Source: Octopus sinensis | Taxonomy: Eukaryota | Direction: 5' to 3' | Assembly (NCBI RefSeq): GCF_006345805.1 | Contig: NC_043018.1 | Location: 19,964,001-20,028,000 of the forward strand | DNA length: 64,000 nucleotides | Shown: positions 1 to 13,462 of the stretch, one piece after another | Numbering within the stretch: the stretch's first letter is position 1 | Layout of the letters: each line of letters opens with the position of its first letter | Program-made: the position numbers and the translations under genes | The notes under the pieces: generated by a model | Told to the model about the DNA's origin: nothing | Database searches by the model: none | The model's input: only the letters and a program-made list of their open reading frames with translations

Positions 1-356
1 TAGAAAATTGTTTATGCCACTTCTCAATATTCCATTGGCGTTTGAATATGGCCTGTTGTTGCTGTTGTTGCTGTTGTTGTTGTTGCTTGTTGCACAAATA
101 GCAATGGTAATGATTGAAAGATTTCTGGAGGGCCCCCCCCAGGATGGGAAGTAACTGTGAGTCTGTGCGTGTGAGTGTGTATTGGGTTGTGTGTGTGTGT
201 GATTTGTTTAGCTGTTAGTAAACAGGGATTAAGAGGTGTATTGAAGATGCTTATAAGGAAACCACATATACACACACATATATATATACATGCATACAGA
301 CAACCATGCATTATATATTCTTTCTCTCTTCCACACTCTTTCTCTCTCTCTCTCTC

Positions 357-398
<42 letters not shown>

Positions 399-400
<2 letters not shown>

Positions 401-502
401 GGAGTAAACACATAAATGTGAAACAAGGTGGAAAAAAGACGAACAGGAACATGAAACTCAGAGTAACAGGTTTTGTTGAATTTTTGCTGCTTTTAAATAA
501 AG
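399..502 (+). mobile_element. Penelope-like terminal-repeat remnant with 5'-truncated hammerhead motif, in (TA)n
   Basis: GACGA-ACAGGAACAT-GAA-ACTCAGAGT-A|ACAG at 438-469; homologous to 9513-9604; flanked by (TA)n. Confidence 0.6.
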
Positions 503-541
503 TATATATATATACACGCGTTATATGTGTTTATATGTATG

Positions 542-572
<31 letters not shown>

Positions 573-721
573 CCTGGCGTTAAGAAGGGCATCCAGCTGT
601 AGAAACATTGCCAGATAAGACTGGAGCCTGGTGCAGCCTTCTGGCTTCCCAGATCCCCGGTCGAACCGTCCAACCCATGCTAGAATGGAGAACGGACGTT
701 AAACGATGATGATGATGATGA
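573..721 (+). mobile_element. RTE-clade (Rex3/Expander-like) 3' end repeat, family C
   Basis: AAGGGCATCCAGCTGTAGAAAC...GGACGTTAAAC followed by (GAT)n tail; many copies in the window. Confidence 0.7.
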
Positions 722-762
722 TATATATATATATATATATTAGGTGTGTTTGTGTGTGTGTA

Positions 763-1135
763 TCATCATCATCGTTTAACATCTGCCTGCCATGCTGGCA
801 TGGGTGGAATGGTTTGACAAGAGGTGGCCAGGCATAAGCCTGCACCAGACTTCTCTAACTGATGTCACAAGATTTTTACAGCTGGATGCCCTTCCTAATA
901 CCAACCACTCAGCAGAGTGGACTTCGGGCTTTTTACATAGCACAAACGCAGGCAAGGTCAGTTTTGGCAAAGTTTTTTTATAGCTGGATGCCCTTCCTAA
1001 CACCAACCACTCAGCAAAGTGGACTTGGTGCTGTTTTACGTGGCACAAGCACAGGCGAGGTCAGTTTTGGCAAGGTTTTTTTACGGCTGGATGCCCTTCC
1101 AAATGCCAGCCACTTTACAGTGTGGACTTTTTGGT
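763..1135 (-). mobile_element. Family C repeat with internal ~102-bp triplication
   Basis: (ATC)n tail at left; GCTGGATGCCCTTCC occurs three times (~881, ~983, ~1086). Confidence 0.65.
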
Positions 1136-1236
1136 TGTTTTGACTGCTCCTTCTAGTTTGTAAGGCTGCCTGTTAAGGGTCACCTCTTTTGTGTTTAAAT
1201 GTACCCTAATTTTATATGTATATGTGTATATATATA

Positions 1237-1644
1237 GGCGCAGGAGTGGCTGTGTGGTAAGTAGCTTGCTAACCAAACACATGGTTCCGGGTTCAGCCAC
1301 TGCGTGCATCTCGGGCAAGTGTCTTCTGCTATAGCCCCGGGCCGACCAATGCCTTGTGAGTGGATTTGTAGACGGAAACTGAAAGAAGCCTGTCGTATAT
1401 ATGTATATATATATATATGGTGTGTGTGTGTGTGTTGTGTGTCTGTGTTTGTCCCTAGCATCGCTTGACAACCGATGCTGGTGTGTTTACGTCCCCGTCT
1501 TAGCGGTTCGCAAAAGAGACCGATAGAATAAGTACTGGGCTTACAAAAAGATAAGTCCCGGGGTCGATTTGCTCGACTAAAGGTGGTGCTCAGCATGGCC
1601 GCAGTCAAATGAATGAAACAAGTAAAAGAGTAAGAGTAAAGAGT
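1237..1644 (+). mobile_element. tRNA-derived SINE family A (CORE-like), full length
   Basis: A box TGGCTGTGTGG, B-box region GGTTCAG, CORE-like GGGCAAGTGTCTT, internal (TA)n(TG)n, (AAAGAGT)n-like tail. Confidence 0.85.
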
Positions 1645-1846
1645 AATATAAAAGTAACAAACTGAGGGAAATTGTAATTGCTGTGATGATTGAATAGTTA
1701 ACACTCACGCTTCATAACACAGACATTCGAATTAATTTTACAATCCAGCTGTCTTTTCACACGGAATTTCATCTATCTTTACACTATGACCCTAACGTAA
1801 CTTCTGTATATATATATAAATTATATTTATATATATATATATATTA

Positions 1847-1884
<38 letters not shown>

Positions 1885-1930
1885 TATATATATATTTAAT
1901 ATATATATATATATATATAATATATATAAG

Positions 1931-2166
1931 AGGCGGCGAGCTGGCACAATCGTAGCACGCTGGGCGAAATGCCGTAGCGTATTTCGTCGGCCGTTTACGT
2001 TCTGGGTTAAAATTCCGCCGAGGTTCACTTAACCTTTCATCCTTTCGGGGTCGATAAATTGAGTACCAGTTACAACTGGTGTGGTCGTTGTAGTGTAATA
2101 GAGTAATCCGTTTGGTCTGTCCTTGTTTCCTCTCTGTGTTTAGCCCCTTGTGGGTAATAAAGAAAT
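1931..2166 (+). mobile_element. tRNA-derived SINE family B (Meta-domain-like), monomer
   Basis: GAGCTGGCA head, GTTAAAATTCC B-box region, CCTTTCATCCTTTCGGGGTCGATAAATT conserved domain. Confidence 0.8.
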
Positions 2167-2400
2167 ATATCTATATATATATATATATATATAAGGGAAC
2201 TGTTATTGAGTATACGATATCGGGAAAATGTATAAGTCAAAACAATTTGTTAGCCTTTTTGGTTTTTTTTATATTGTTCATGTTATATGATATTATGTTA
2301 TATCATATTCTCGTATTAATGTCTATTATGATATTTATTAAATAAATTATTGGATTGTCCAATGGTATCTCTTCATTTATCTTTATAACATATTACATAT

Positions 2401-2745
2401 CTTTTACTCTTTTACTTGTTTCAGTCATTTGACTGCGGCCATGCTGGAGCACCACCTTTAGTTGAGCAAATCAAAATCCACACGGACTGTACTTAGTCTT
2501 TGAAGCTGGCAATGTTGGGGGGACAAACACACAACACACAAACATATACACATATACATACATATATATCATTATATATAGATATACTAGGCTCTCTTTC
2601 AGTTTCTGTCCACTTAGAATCCATCACAATGCTTGGTCGGCCCAAGGCTATAGTAGAAGACACTTTCCAAGGTGCCACGCAGGGGGAATGAACCCGGAAC
2701 CATGTGGTGGTAGCAAGCTACTTACCAGCAAGACGCACTAATGCA

Positions 2746-2748
<3 letters not shown>
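2401..2748 (-). mobile_element. SINE family A, diverged
   Basis: Reverse-complement similarity to 1237-1644, with deletions. Confidence 0.75.
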
Positions 2749-2786
<38 letters not shown>

Positions 2787-2812
2787 ATTATATATTATAT
2801 ATATATATTATA

Positions 2813-3025
2813 TACTTGGTTTGCCAGTCATTTGACTGGCAGTTTTTGAGGCCATGCTGGAGCACCGCCTTTAGTCAATCGAGCAAATCGACCCCAGGAC
2901 TTATTCTTTGCAAGCTTAGTACTTATTCTATCGGTCTCTTTTGCCGAACCGCTAAGTTAAAGGGACGTAAACACACCAGCATCAGTTGTCAAGCAATGCT
3001 AGGGGGGACAAACACAGACACACAA

Positions 3026-3078
<53 letters not shown>

Positions 3079-3244
3079 TACGACAGGCTTCTTTCAGTTT
3101 CTGTCTACCAAATCCACTCACAATGCTTTGGTCAGTCCGAGGCTATAGTAGAAGACACTTGCCCAAGGTGCCATGCAGTAGGACCGAACCCAGAACCATG
3201 TGGTTGGTAAGCAAGCTACTTACCACACAGCCACTCCTGCGCCT
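2813..3244 (-). mobile_element. SINE family A
   Basis: Full-length reverse copy ending CCACTCCTGCGCCT. Confidence 0.85.
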
Positions 3245-3623
3245 ATATATATATATAAGTTTTTTTTTTTTTTTCGCATGCATTCATCTGTTGGAGATAC
3301 TTCCTTAGTTCACTTTGAATTTCGCCCATTTTGGATTGTCTTGATAACATTATGTCAGATATTTTCAGAGACATTAATGCGATTGGTATCTTATATGTTG
3401 TTCTCCGTCTAAATATAATGGCACAACAGAAATGACTTGTATGGATGAAGGTGTAATCACCAATTAAAGATATGATTATCTCCATTCTTTTGCTTGTTTT
3501 ATATATACATATATGTATACATATGTGTGTATACATACATGTGTGTATATACGCATATGTCTCTAACTATCTGTCTGTCTGTCTGTCTGTGTATCTATCT
3601 ATCTAAATGTATATGTATATATT

Positions 3624-3833
3624 CTTTTACTCTTTTACTTGTTTCAGTCATTTGACTGCGACCATGCTGGAGCACTGCCTTTAGTTGAGCAAATCAACCC
3701 CAGAACTTATTCTTTGTAAGCGTAGTACTTATTTTTATCGGTCTCTTTTGTCGAACCGCTAAGTTACGGGGATGTAAACACACCAGCATCGGTTATCAAG
3801 TGACGTTTGGGGGACAAACACAGACACACAAAT

Positions 3834-3864
<31 letters not shown>

Positions 3865-4028
3865 CGACAGGCTTCTTTCAGTTTCTGTCTACCAGATCCA
3901 CTCACAAGGCTTTGGTTGGCCCAAGACTATAGTAGAAGACACTTGCCCAAGGTGCCATTCAGTGGGACTGAACCCAGAACAATGTAGTTGGTAAGCAAGT
4001 TACTTACAACACAGCCACTCCTATGCCT
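3624..4028 (-). mobile_element. SINE family A
   Basis: Full-length reverse copy. Confidence 0.85.
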
Positions 4029-4403
4029 ATATATATATTTATATATATATTATATACATACAGCAAGAAGAAAATCATGGGGGATGCAGAGGAGGTATGC
4101 ATCAACTGTTAGGCATTATATTATGTCTATTTATTTTAAACAATTATGAGTATATATATACATATGTAAAGATTGTCTTTTACATACATAAGTACCAGTA
4201 ATTTCTAGAATAGAGAAAGAAGAACAGTTGCTTACAGCTGTTTCAGTCAAGAGGTCACAGTACCCCACATGTTATTTCCATCTTTTCAGTGTGCTGTAGT
4301 GATCAGTAGATAAAATTAGGGTACTTGGGTGTGCCTCTAGGCTTTATCAGAGAGTTTAGAAGAGGGTCTAAAACGTTCAGAAGGCTAATTTATGTATATG
4401 TAA

Positions 4404-4650
4404 ATGACGGTGGCATGTAAAAAGCACCATCCAACCATGGCTGTTTGCCAGCCTCGTCTGGCACCTGTGCCGGTGTCACATAAAAAGCACCCACTACTCT
4501 CATGGAGTGGTTGGCGTTAGGAAGGACATCCAGCTGTAGAAACTGCCAGATCAGACTGGGCCTGGTGCAGCCTTCTGGCTTCCCAGACCCCAGTTGAACC
4601 GTCCAACCCATGCTAGCATGGAAAGTGGACACTAAATGATGATGGTGATG
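4404..4650 (+). mobile_element. Family C repeat (RTE-type 3' end)
   Basis: GGCACCTGTGCCGGT module, AGGACATCCAGCTG, (GAT)n tail. Confidence 0.7.
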
Positions 4651-4655
4651 ACACT

Positions 4656-4707
<52 letters not shown>

Positions 4708-5076
4708 CATATACGCATGTACACACATGCACATACAACACCACCATGTATAGGTAGATAGATTCGAAAACTGCACAGTAGGATGACAAAGAGGCACACA
4801 GACAATTGACTTACAAGACATGAACATACTTTTCCCCACATCACTTATCGTTCAAAAATCATTACAATTTCACGCCTTTAACAGTATGATTGTTCACTCT
4901 GGTGGGAGTAAAAACAAACGAGCAACACTGGGTGTTGGTACAAGTATAAATATACACATAATAAAAGAAAGGCCTTGCAGCTTTGAGATAGCGTTGAGAC
5001 AAATCATGTAGAAGTAACACTAATGGAAAGTGATGTCCTTACGACTTGAAATGAAAGTAGTGAGATGGAAAGGATG

Positions 5077-5161
<85 letters not shown>

Positions 5162-5213
5162 AATATATATGTATACATACATATATGTATGTATACATAT
5201 ATACATATATATA

Positions 5214-5444
5214 AGGCGGCGAGCTGGTAGAAACGTTAGCACGCTGGGCGAAATTCGTAGCTGTATTTCGTCTGTCGTTACGTTCTGGGTTCAAATTTTG
5301 CCGAGGTCGACTTTGCCCCTCATCCTTTCGGGGGTCGATAAATTAAGTACCAGTTACGCACTGGGGTCGATGTAATCGACTTAACCCGTTTGTCTGTCCT
5401 TGTTTGCCCTCTCTGTGTTTAGCCCCTTGTGGGTAGTAAAGAAA

Positions 5445-5446
<2 letters not shown>
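5214..5446 (+). mobile_element. SINE family B monomer
   Basis: Near-consensus copy ending GGGTAGTAAAGAAATA. Confidence 0.85.
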
Positions 5447-5480
<34 letters not shown>

Positions 5481-5669
5481 TGTATGTATGTATACGTGTG
5501 CATGTGTGTTGATATGTGTATGTATACACATGCATGCACATATACATACTCACATGCACACACATATAATGAATTCCGAATTTTAAAGAGAAACAGCAAA
5601 GGAGCAAATGGAAAATTCACACAGGGAATGGGACGCTGCTAATTCCTCATCAGTTATCGATGTTTCATT

Positions 5670-5840
5670 GTCTTCATCATATAAAGTCCGTTTTCCATGC
5701 TAGCATGGGTTGGACGGTTTGACTAAAGCTGGCAAGCCAGAGGGATGTCATGCCAAGCTCTAATGCCTAGTTTTGGCCTAGCTTCTACAGCTGGATGCCC
5801 TCCCTAAAGCCAACCACTTCACAGAGTGCACTGGGTGCTA
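5670..5840 (-). mobile_element. Family C repeat, diverged
   Basis: TTTCCATGCTAGCATGGGTTGGACGG and CAGCTGGATGCCC. Confidence 0.6.
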
Positions 5841-6234
5841 CAGAGAGACGGTTAGAGAGAGAGAAGGGGGAGACAGTATACTTAAGGGTCAGAGGGGTGG
5901 CGTGTGTTCCTTAGTGATTGAGTGCCACTCACTCAAGTAGCACTTCTCTAAGTGCAGTTTAGGCTGTCTGTGATTCTAGAAAGCAGTCTTGAGGGTGACA
6001 GACACTGCCTTCTTTTCCCAAAATGAATTTATTAAAATCTCATGGCTAAGGGGTGGGGGGTGGAGGGGGTCGATGAGGCCAATATATATAACGAGATGTG
6101 ACTGTTTGGTACTAATTATAGCCGTTGAAGTAGACAATAAAAATTGTAATTAGTAGTTAATAACATGATGGAAACTAATGAACAATATTTATTATATGGT
6201 CTGGTGAAGTAATATCACTGCCACCATTATAGAA

Positions 6235-6780
6235 CGGGGTAGAGGTGGCGGTTGTGGTTGTGTTGGTGGTGGTGTTGGTGGTGATTGTGGAGGTAGTGTG
6301 TTTGTAGTGGTGGCAGGAATAGAACAAGTTGTTGTAGTGTTAGTGGTCTGGTGGTCATAGTGGTGATGGTTTAGTGATAGTAGTAGCAGTTGCAGTGGTG
6401 GTGGTGGTGGTGGTGGTGGTAGTAGTAGTAGTAGTCGTAGAAGTTGTAGTAGTAGTAGTAGTAGTGGTGGTGGTGGTAGTGTTGGTTGAGGTACAAGTGG
6501 TGGTCGCAGTAGTGACAGTGCCAGTAGTAATAGCCATAGTAGTAGCAGCAGTTGTGGTGGTGGTGGTAGTGGTGGTGATAGTAATAGTGGCACTAGTGTT
6601 AGTAGTAGTGGTGTTGGTAATAGAGTTACTTGTGGTTGTAGTGGTGTCGGTGATAGTAGAAATACTCATGGTAGTAGTGATGGTAACAGTGGTAGTCTTG
6701 GTGGTGGTGGTGATGGTGATGGTAGTGTTGTTGTTGTTCTTCTTCTTGCTGGTGGTGGTGGTGGTGGTGGTGGTGGTAAT
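6235..6780. repeat. Compound (GGT)/(GTA) trinucleotide low-complexity tract
   Basis: Direct inspection; source of the poly-V, poly-T and poly-P ORFs. Confidence 0.9.
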
Positions 6781-7255
6781 AAATCTGTTGTGTCGTGTTG
6801 TAGTACATCTTACCTATATTCTGTATCACAGCTAACAAATCTTAACCTCAGAAAAAAAAAAAAAAGCCAAAAAATAACCATCCTCTTTGACCTCTCTCCA
6901 CCTCCCACCGACTCCAACACCCTCCATCGACCCCCCCACCACAACCACCACCCCCATCACACACACACACACACACACACATCTATATTCATACGCTCTC
7001 ATAAGTGTTTATATTGTTTATTTGACTGCATTCCATAAATCACTTTATAATTATATGTAATTATATACCATGAAAGCCTGTCTTATATTTCATGTAAACC
7101 TGATCCGCAATCTGTAAGCTATCGCTTATGACTTGGTATGTTTACTATTGATTACAGCGTTGATATATATTATTGGGTTGCGGAATATTGCCAGGGGGGG
7201 GGTTAATCTAATGTGAAGTAGATAAGAAACTAAAAACAATATATTTCCTGAGATT

Positions 7256-7291
<36 letters not shown>

Positions 7292-7464
7292 AAACAAATA
7301 TATCTATATATCTATAATGTGTATATATAATATATATATAAATGTATATATATATATATTATATATATATATATATATATACACATATATATAAATATAC
7401 ATATATATATATATACATATGTATAAATATATACATATATATATATATATACACATATGTATAA

Positions 7465-7551
<87 letters not shown>

Positions 7552-9383
7552 ATATAGCCAAATATTTGAGTGTTGGTTGTATTATTGTTGTATTGAAAAT
7601 AAAAATCATTTACCAAATATGAGAAACCAGTTATTTATATTTGTGTGTATATTTGCATATATATATGTGTGTGTATCTCTCTCTCTCTCTCTCTCTCTCT
7701 CTTTGTAAGTGTGTGTGTTTATATATCTATATATATGCGTCCATGTGTGTGTATATATATCTATATATATGCGTCCATGTGTGTGTTTATATATGTATAT
7801 ATATGTGTCCATGTGTGTGTTTATATATCTATATATATGCATCCATGTGTGTGTATTTAGAAAGGTATCCAGCCATGGAAACTCGGGCAAAGGTGAAAGC
7901 TGGAAGTGAGGCATCTTTCCGGCCTGTCAAGAAGAGCGGCAGTGACCCAATCAACCCATGCTAGCACGGAAAGCAGAAGCGAAAAGATGATGGTGGTATG
8001 TGTGGGGGGGGGTATGGGGTGGTATTGGTGATTGTGTGGCTGATGAAGGTGATGACAATGGTGATGATGATAATGGTAGTGGGGGAAGATGAGGATGAGA
8101 AGACACTGGTGGTGGTGGTGGTGGTGGTGATGATAATAAATATGGTAAGAGAGTCCGTTCAGATAGGATCAATTGCTTAATTAAGCATTGCCAATTTAAC
8201 TTCTCCAAATGTCTTTTGCTCATTAGTGTCCTGTCCTTATTAAGTAGTGATGTGGTCATTTGCATAACACCAGCCATTTTACAGGGTGTACTCGCTCCTC
8301 CTCTCAGGGCGCTTGCACTAGTGAGGTCACCAAGTAAGTTGCAAGGCAGAAGACCAGGAACCCCCCCACCTTGACTTAATGGGGGGGAGAGTGGGTATTT
8401 GTGAGTGGGAGGGGACTTTATGGAAAGTGTTAAGGGAGTAATGTATGAGTGAGGGACGAACACAGGTGTGTTGCTATAGAGGAGATACATAGGTACCCCC
8501 AACATCATATAGGGGTGGGTGAGAATAGTGAAGAGGAAGATGATTGTAGTGGGGTGCCAAAGCAGACTCTCCAGGTACATGATGGTGGGAATAAGAGAGG
8601 ATAAGGACAGTAGATTAGAGGGGGAGGAGAGGGGGTGGTCTTGTAAGAGTTCTTGGGGTGGGTGACAGATGGTCTAGAAGTTGGGGTAGAGGTAAACTGA
8701 CTTCTGCAAATTCCCCTTCAGATTAGTTTTTGCCAATTTGGATCAACAATAATTTCCTTGGAACTCAGAACTTACCATGCGATAAGGCAGAATCTCTGGG
8801 TAAGATAAAGTTTTAATCCTTACCTTAACCCTTGTTTAGAAGAATTGGAGTTTGACCTTCCAGTTGGTGTGGGTTTTGTGTTTTTTTTCGCGTTTTCCAT
8901 CATTATTTCTTCTTTTTAATGTCCAGCTACTGCTCACAATATAGTCATAAGTTCAGGTCTTCCTAAAATCGTGTTTGAGGGTTTTACAGTAATGAAGGGC
9001 AAGAAACCAGTCTCTATAACAACAACAATAAGAAGACAAACACTCTACCCATAAAAGCATGAAAAAAATGGATAGAAACCAACAGAAATTATAAAAACAA
9101 GTATTTTTTTTTTCTAATTGTATGTGACAGACTTGTGGTAAAACCATTCTTGACTCTGCAGCAATTCAGAGTTCGTAGTTTTGGTAGATTCTATCAAATA
9201 GAAGTCTTTTTCAGGTCCCTCTGATGGTTACAGATATTACAGGGGAGATAATCATTTTTGTCACACTACAGTGCAGGATCAAACATTTGAATTTAAAATT
9301 TAGGCATTAAAAGGAAAAGGTGCATAAGATTCACACATACACATATATATGTATATATATTTCTATATATAATATACATATAT

Positions 9384-9604
<221 letters not shown>

Positions 9605-9785
9605 TATATATATATATTATATATATATTATATATATATATATTTAGTTTACTTAATACAAAGTTCTTTAAATTTCTGGTCAGTGGTAATCGTTTATCAT
9701 ACTATTTCATTCTTTTTAGAAATCTTCAGTATGGCATAACCTGTGACATTAATCAAGCATTTTATTAAATGAAGCAGTCTGTTAA

Positions 9786-10468
9786 CCCTTTAGCATTTAA
9801 ACAGGCCATAATACAGCCCAAATTTTCTACTTGTTTTATGCCCAAACCATCTAGATCTGGCCTTCAATGTCATTCTAAAAATAACCAGTCACATCATTGA
9901 ACATCAATGGAATTTGTATCCTTGTGGTACCAGTGCCGGTGGCACATAAGAAAACCATCCGAACGTGACCGTAGCCAGTACCGCAATGACTGGCCTCCGT
10001 GCTGAGGGCACGTAACAAACACCATCCGAGCGTGGCCGTCCGCCAGCCTCATCTGGCACCTGTGTCGGTGACACATAAGAAAACACCATCCGAGCGTGGC
10101 CGTCAGCCAGCCTCGTCTGGCACCTGTGTCGGTGGCACATAAAAAACACCATCCGAGTGTGGCCGTCTGCCAGCCTCGTCTGGCACCTGTGTCGGTGGCA
10201 CATAAAATCACCCACTATACTCTCGGAGTGGTTGGCGTTAGGAAGGGCATCCAGCTGTAGAAACACTGCCACATCTGACTGGCCTGGTGCAGCCTTCGGG
10301 CTTCCCAGACCCCAGTTGAACCGTCCAACCCATGCTAGCATGGAAAGCGGACGTTAAACGATGATGATGATCATCAAAATCCCAAAGTTACAAGATAATG
10401 CACGATTTATTCAAACCAATGTGAATAAAATGCCATGTGTTTGAGAGAGAAATCTGAACACTAAAGGG
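9786..10468 (+). mobile_element. TTAA-flanked piggyBac-like MITE interrupted by a family C insertion
   Basis: TTAA|CCCTTTAG...CTAAAGGG|TTAA termini; uninterrupted copy at 45408-45627. Confidence 0.8.
9902..10371 (+). mobile_element. Family C (RTE-type 3' UTR) with ~63-bp internal tandem repeats
   Basis: TCTGGCACCTGTGTCGG at 10052, 10116, 10179; (GAT)n tail at ~10360. Confidence 0.75.
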
Positions 10469-11377
10469 TTAAAGATGGAAATAATCTCAATCTGGAGGAC
10501 TGTATAGAAGTTTGTTTATATTAATGGTTTTACTGGGTAGATTCAGTAATCTAAGGATGTTTTCTTGGTATTTCAACAAGATTAGGAGGCAGACAAGTAG
10601 GTTATTAGTATTCAATTAGGAATTACAAGAGATTAGTAACAACTAAAGAAAGAAAAAATTCTATTCTAAATTATTGTGTCTTTGAGGGAAAAGAACTGTA
10701 GATGTTGTTTGGTTCTGGGTTTTGAGTGGCTAAAATGTAAGAAGGAAGGCAGTTCTATAAGAAAAGTGCAATACCTCAGAATGGAATGTTGCACTGTACT
10801 AAAAGAAATCATATTTTTACCACCAGGACACAGTATGGTGTTGGAAAGGAATGCTAACCTACTTTTAAGAGACTTTTTTTTTTAAATGCTATATTTTCAA
10901 CTGAAGCTTAACTAATGAAAGTTTCCTCATTAGTGGGAAAATTCTAATTTGTCATGCCATAGGTTTCAAACAAAATATTTAATGGGGTAAAATTTCATGT
11001 CCTGTATAGATTTCAAATGCTCTGACAGTTTTCGCCCACCACATGTGTCCTCAATTGAATCACTGAATAATATTTATTAATGTTCTGAGTTTATTTAAGG
11101 CCAAATTTGGATTGGTCTTTTACTTTCTCTCCAAGGTTGGGTAATTTTCAACTGACTGACATCAGTTTCTAGCAAGCCTTAATTACATCACAACCATGTA
11201 TCCTAGTTTTTGACTTGGCTTTACATCCTAATTAGGTCAATTTCACTTAATTATTTAAATTCAATTTTGAAAAGCTGATATCTCTCTGTAGTGAATTTTG
11301 CCTCTTATTCTTCTGGGATCAATATAATAAAGAGCATATCAGTCATGTACCAGGGCTGATATAATCATTAGATTTTC

Positions 11378-11678
11378 TTAATCCTTTCTGCCCCTTGTGG
11401 CGCATAGGTCCTCAACAGTTGTTTTCCACTTTTTGCAGTCATTAGCATTTCTTGGCTGCTTCCCTTGTCAGGCCAGTGGTCCTGAGCTCATCCGAAATGC
11501 TCCGCTTCCATGTCTGCTTCAGGCATCCTCACTTCCTTTTCCCCTGCAGGTTCCAGTCAGGTGCTTGTCGTGTCACATTTGAGGGTTCTTTCCACTGTGT
11601 GTGTCCGATCCATCTCCATTTCCTTTATCTAATCTGAACATGTATGGGCTCCTGGTTGGCCCTTTCCCACAGGTCGAG
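11378..11678 (-). mobile_element. RTE-clade LINE, degenerate RT C-terminal fragment
   Basis: Minus frame reads LWERANQEPIHVQIR*RKWRWIGHT...DWNLQGKRK*G...TWKRS...WKTTVEDLCATRG, matching the RTE WRWIGH and GKRxRGRP motifs. Confidence 0.85.
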
Positions 11679-12246
11679 TATCATTAGATACCACCCCACA
11701 AAATTTCGGGCCTTATGCTTACACAAGAAATTGATTTAACTTACCAACATTTTATAAACAAACTTTGAAAGCATTGAATGTGTTTGATATTTTACAGACA
11801 AGTACATTTTGAATACGGTATAGCTGTGAAAACAGCAGAAAAATTAGCTATTTTAGCCTTTTAAGATGAAAAAAATTGCCAGCAGATGGCTACGGGACTT
11901 GAACCCACACCCCTCAGATACCAGCTGAGTAGGTTTTTTTACTGTCAATTTTAATGGTAAATTATAGCTTTTGTAAAGTGGCAACATTTTATAAACAAAC
12001 TTTGGAAGTATCAAATGTTTTTGGTATTTTACAGATAAGAAAGTAAACTTTAAATGTAGTATCTCCATGGAACAAGTCACGTAGCTGTCTGCTGGCATCT
12101 TCATCCATCTTATAAGAGTAAAATACTCAATGTTTCTGCTGCTTTCAAGGCTATACTGCATTCAAAATATTATTTTCTTGTCTGTAAAATAATTTCGTTT
12201 AAATTAACCCTTTCACTGCGGAAATGAGATATATCCATTCAACATA

Positions 12247-12417
12247 GGCGCAGGAGTGGCTGTGTGGTAAGTAGCTTGCTAACCAACCACATGGTTCCGG
12301 GTTCAGTTCCACTGCGTGGCATCTTGGGCAAGTGTCTTCTGCTATAGCCCCAGGCCGACCAATGCCTTGTGAGTGGATTTGGTAGACGGAAACTGAAAGA
12401 AGCCTGTCGTATATATG

Positions 12418-12450
<33 letters not shown>

Positions 12451-12660
12451 TTGTGTGTCTGTGTTTGTCCCCCTAGCATTGCTTGACAACCGATGCTGGT
12501 GTGTTTATGTCCCCGTCACTTAGCGGTTTGGCAAAAGAGACCGATAGAATAAGTACTGGGCTTACAAAGAATAAGTCCCGGGGTCGATTTGCTCGACTAA
12601 AGGCGGTGCTCCAGCATGGCCGCAGTCAAATGACTGAAACAAGTAAAAGAATAAAAGAAA
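12247..12660 (+). mobile_element. SINE family A, near consensus
   Basis: A and B boxes, internal microsatellite, tail. Confidence 0.9.
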
Positions 12661-12757
12661 GAATTTCTTTACCCGTAATTGCAAAAAGCAGTTTTATGCA
12701 CCAGTCTGTCTTTTGTTGTAGAACTTCATGGTTGAAATTATTTTTTGCTGAAATGTG

Positions 12758-13462
12758 TCAAGTTTATTGAAGCAATGGGACTTGTCTGTGCATTGTGTTC
12801 TTGAGCAAGGCACTTCATTTCACATTATTCCAGTTTACTCTGCTGCAAATGGATAACCCTGTGACAGCGTAGCCTTCCGATATGTGGAAATCTTGGCCTG
12901 CTCATATAGCCAGTGGGACCGCATCATTAAAAAGCTAAAATGATGTGAAGCGCACTGTGACCAGCGTTGTATAACAACATCTGATAGTCTGGTCGATCAC
13001 ATGATAACATGATTTAACATCATTACTGAGATAACCATTAAATTTAATTTTTCTGTTAAATAGGTAATGTTACATTTCTAATAAGATGGAAGAACTTGGC
13101 CCTTTATAACAGATAACTCAATCTTAGTCGCAGTTTCAGAGAGACACACCTACGTATCATTCTCAGAATACAGCCTTGTATAAAATTTGTGCCATAAACA
13201 TTGCTGGAAACCTTTGTTTACGACAATAAATGTATGAGAACAGCAAAAGGCACTCCACCCGTTTTCTAGACACTACAACAAATCATGTTTAATTAAATGT
13301 GATTGCTTCAAAATTCCAATATTTTTTCAGCCCTCTTGTAACCTCCAAATTTCTTTTGAATGCTTCTGTTTGAGAACCTTTGCACTCACAAATAATGTGA
13401 AATGAAGTGTTTTGCTCAAGAACACAATGCACAGACATGTCCCATTGCTTCAATAAACTTGA
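12758..13462. repeat. 72-bp inverted repeat pair (12758-12829 and 13391-13462)
   Basis: 69/72 identity after reverse complementing. Confidence 0.85.
12785..13010 (+). mobile_element. 5'-truncated SINE (E-type body, tail type 2)
   Basis: TTGTGTTCTTGAGCAAGGCACTT body; tail TGTGACCAGCG...CATCTGATAGTCTGGTCG shared with 28209-28490. Confidence 0.6.

Noticed and set aside
5640-5670. Minus-strand GAAAC...CTGATGA hammerhead-like words
   Set aside because: Helix I and helix III cannot be formed; chance co-occurrence
8285-8333. Plus-strand ACAG|...CAA|GTAAGT micro-exon
   Set aside because: Isolated, inside G-rich degenerate repeat, with no compatible partner exons found
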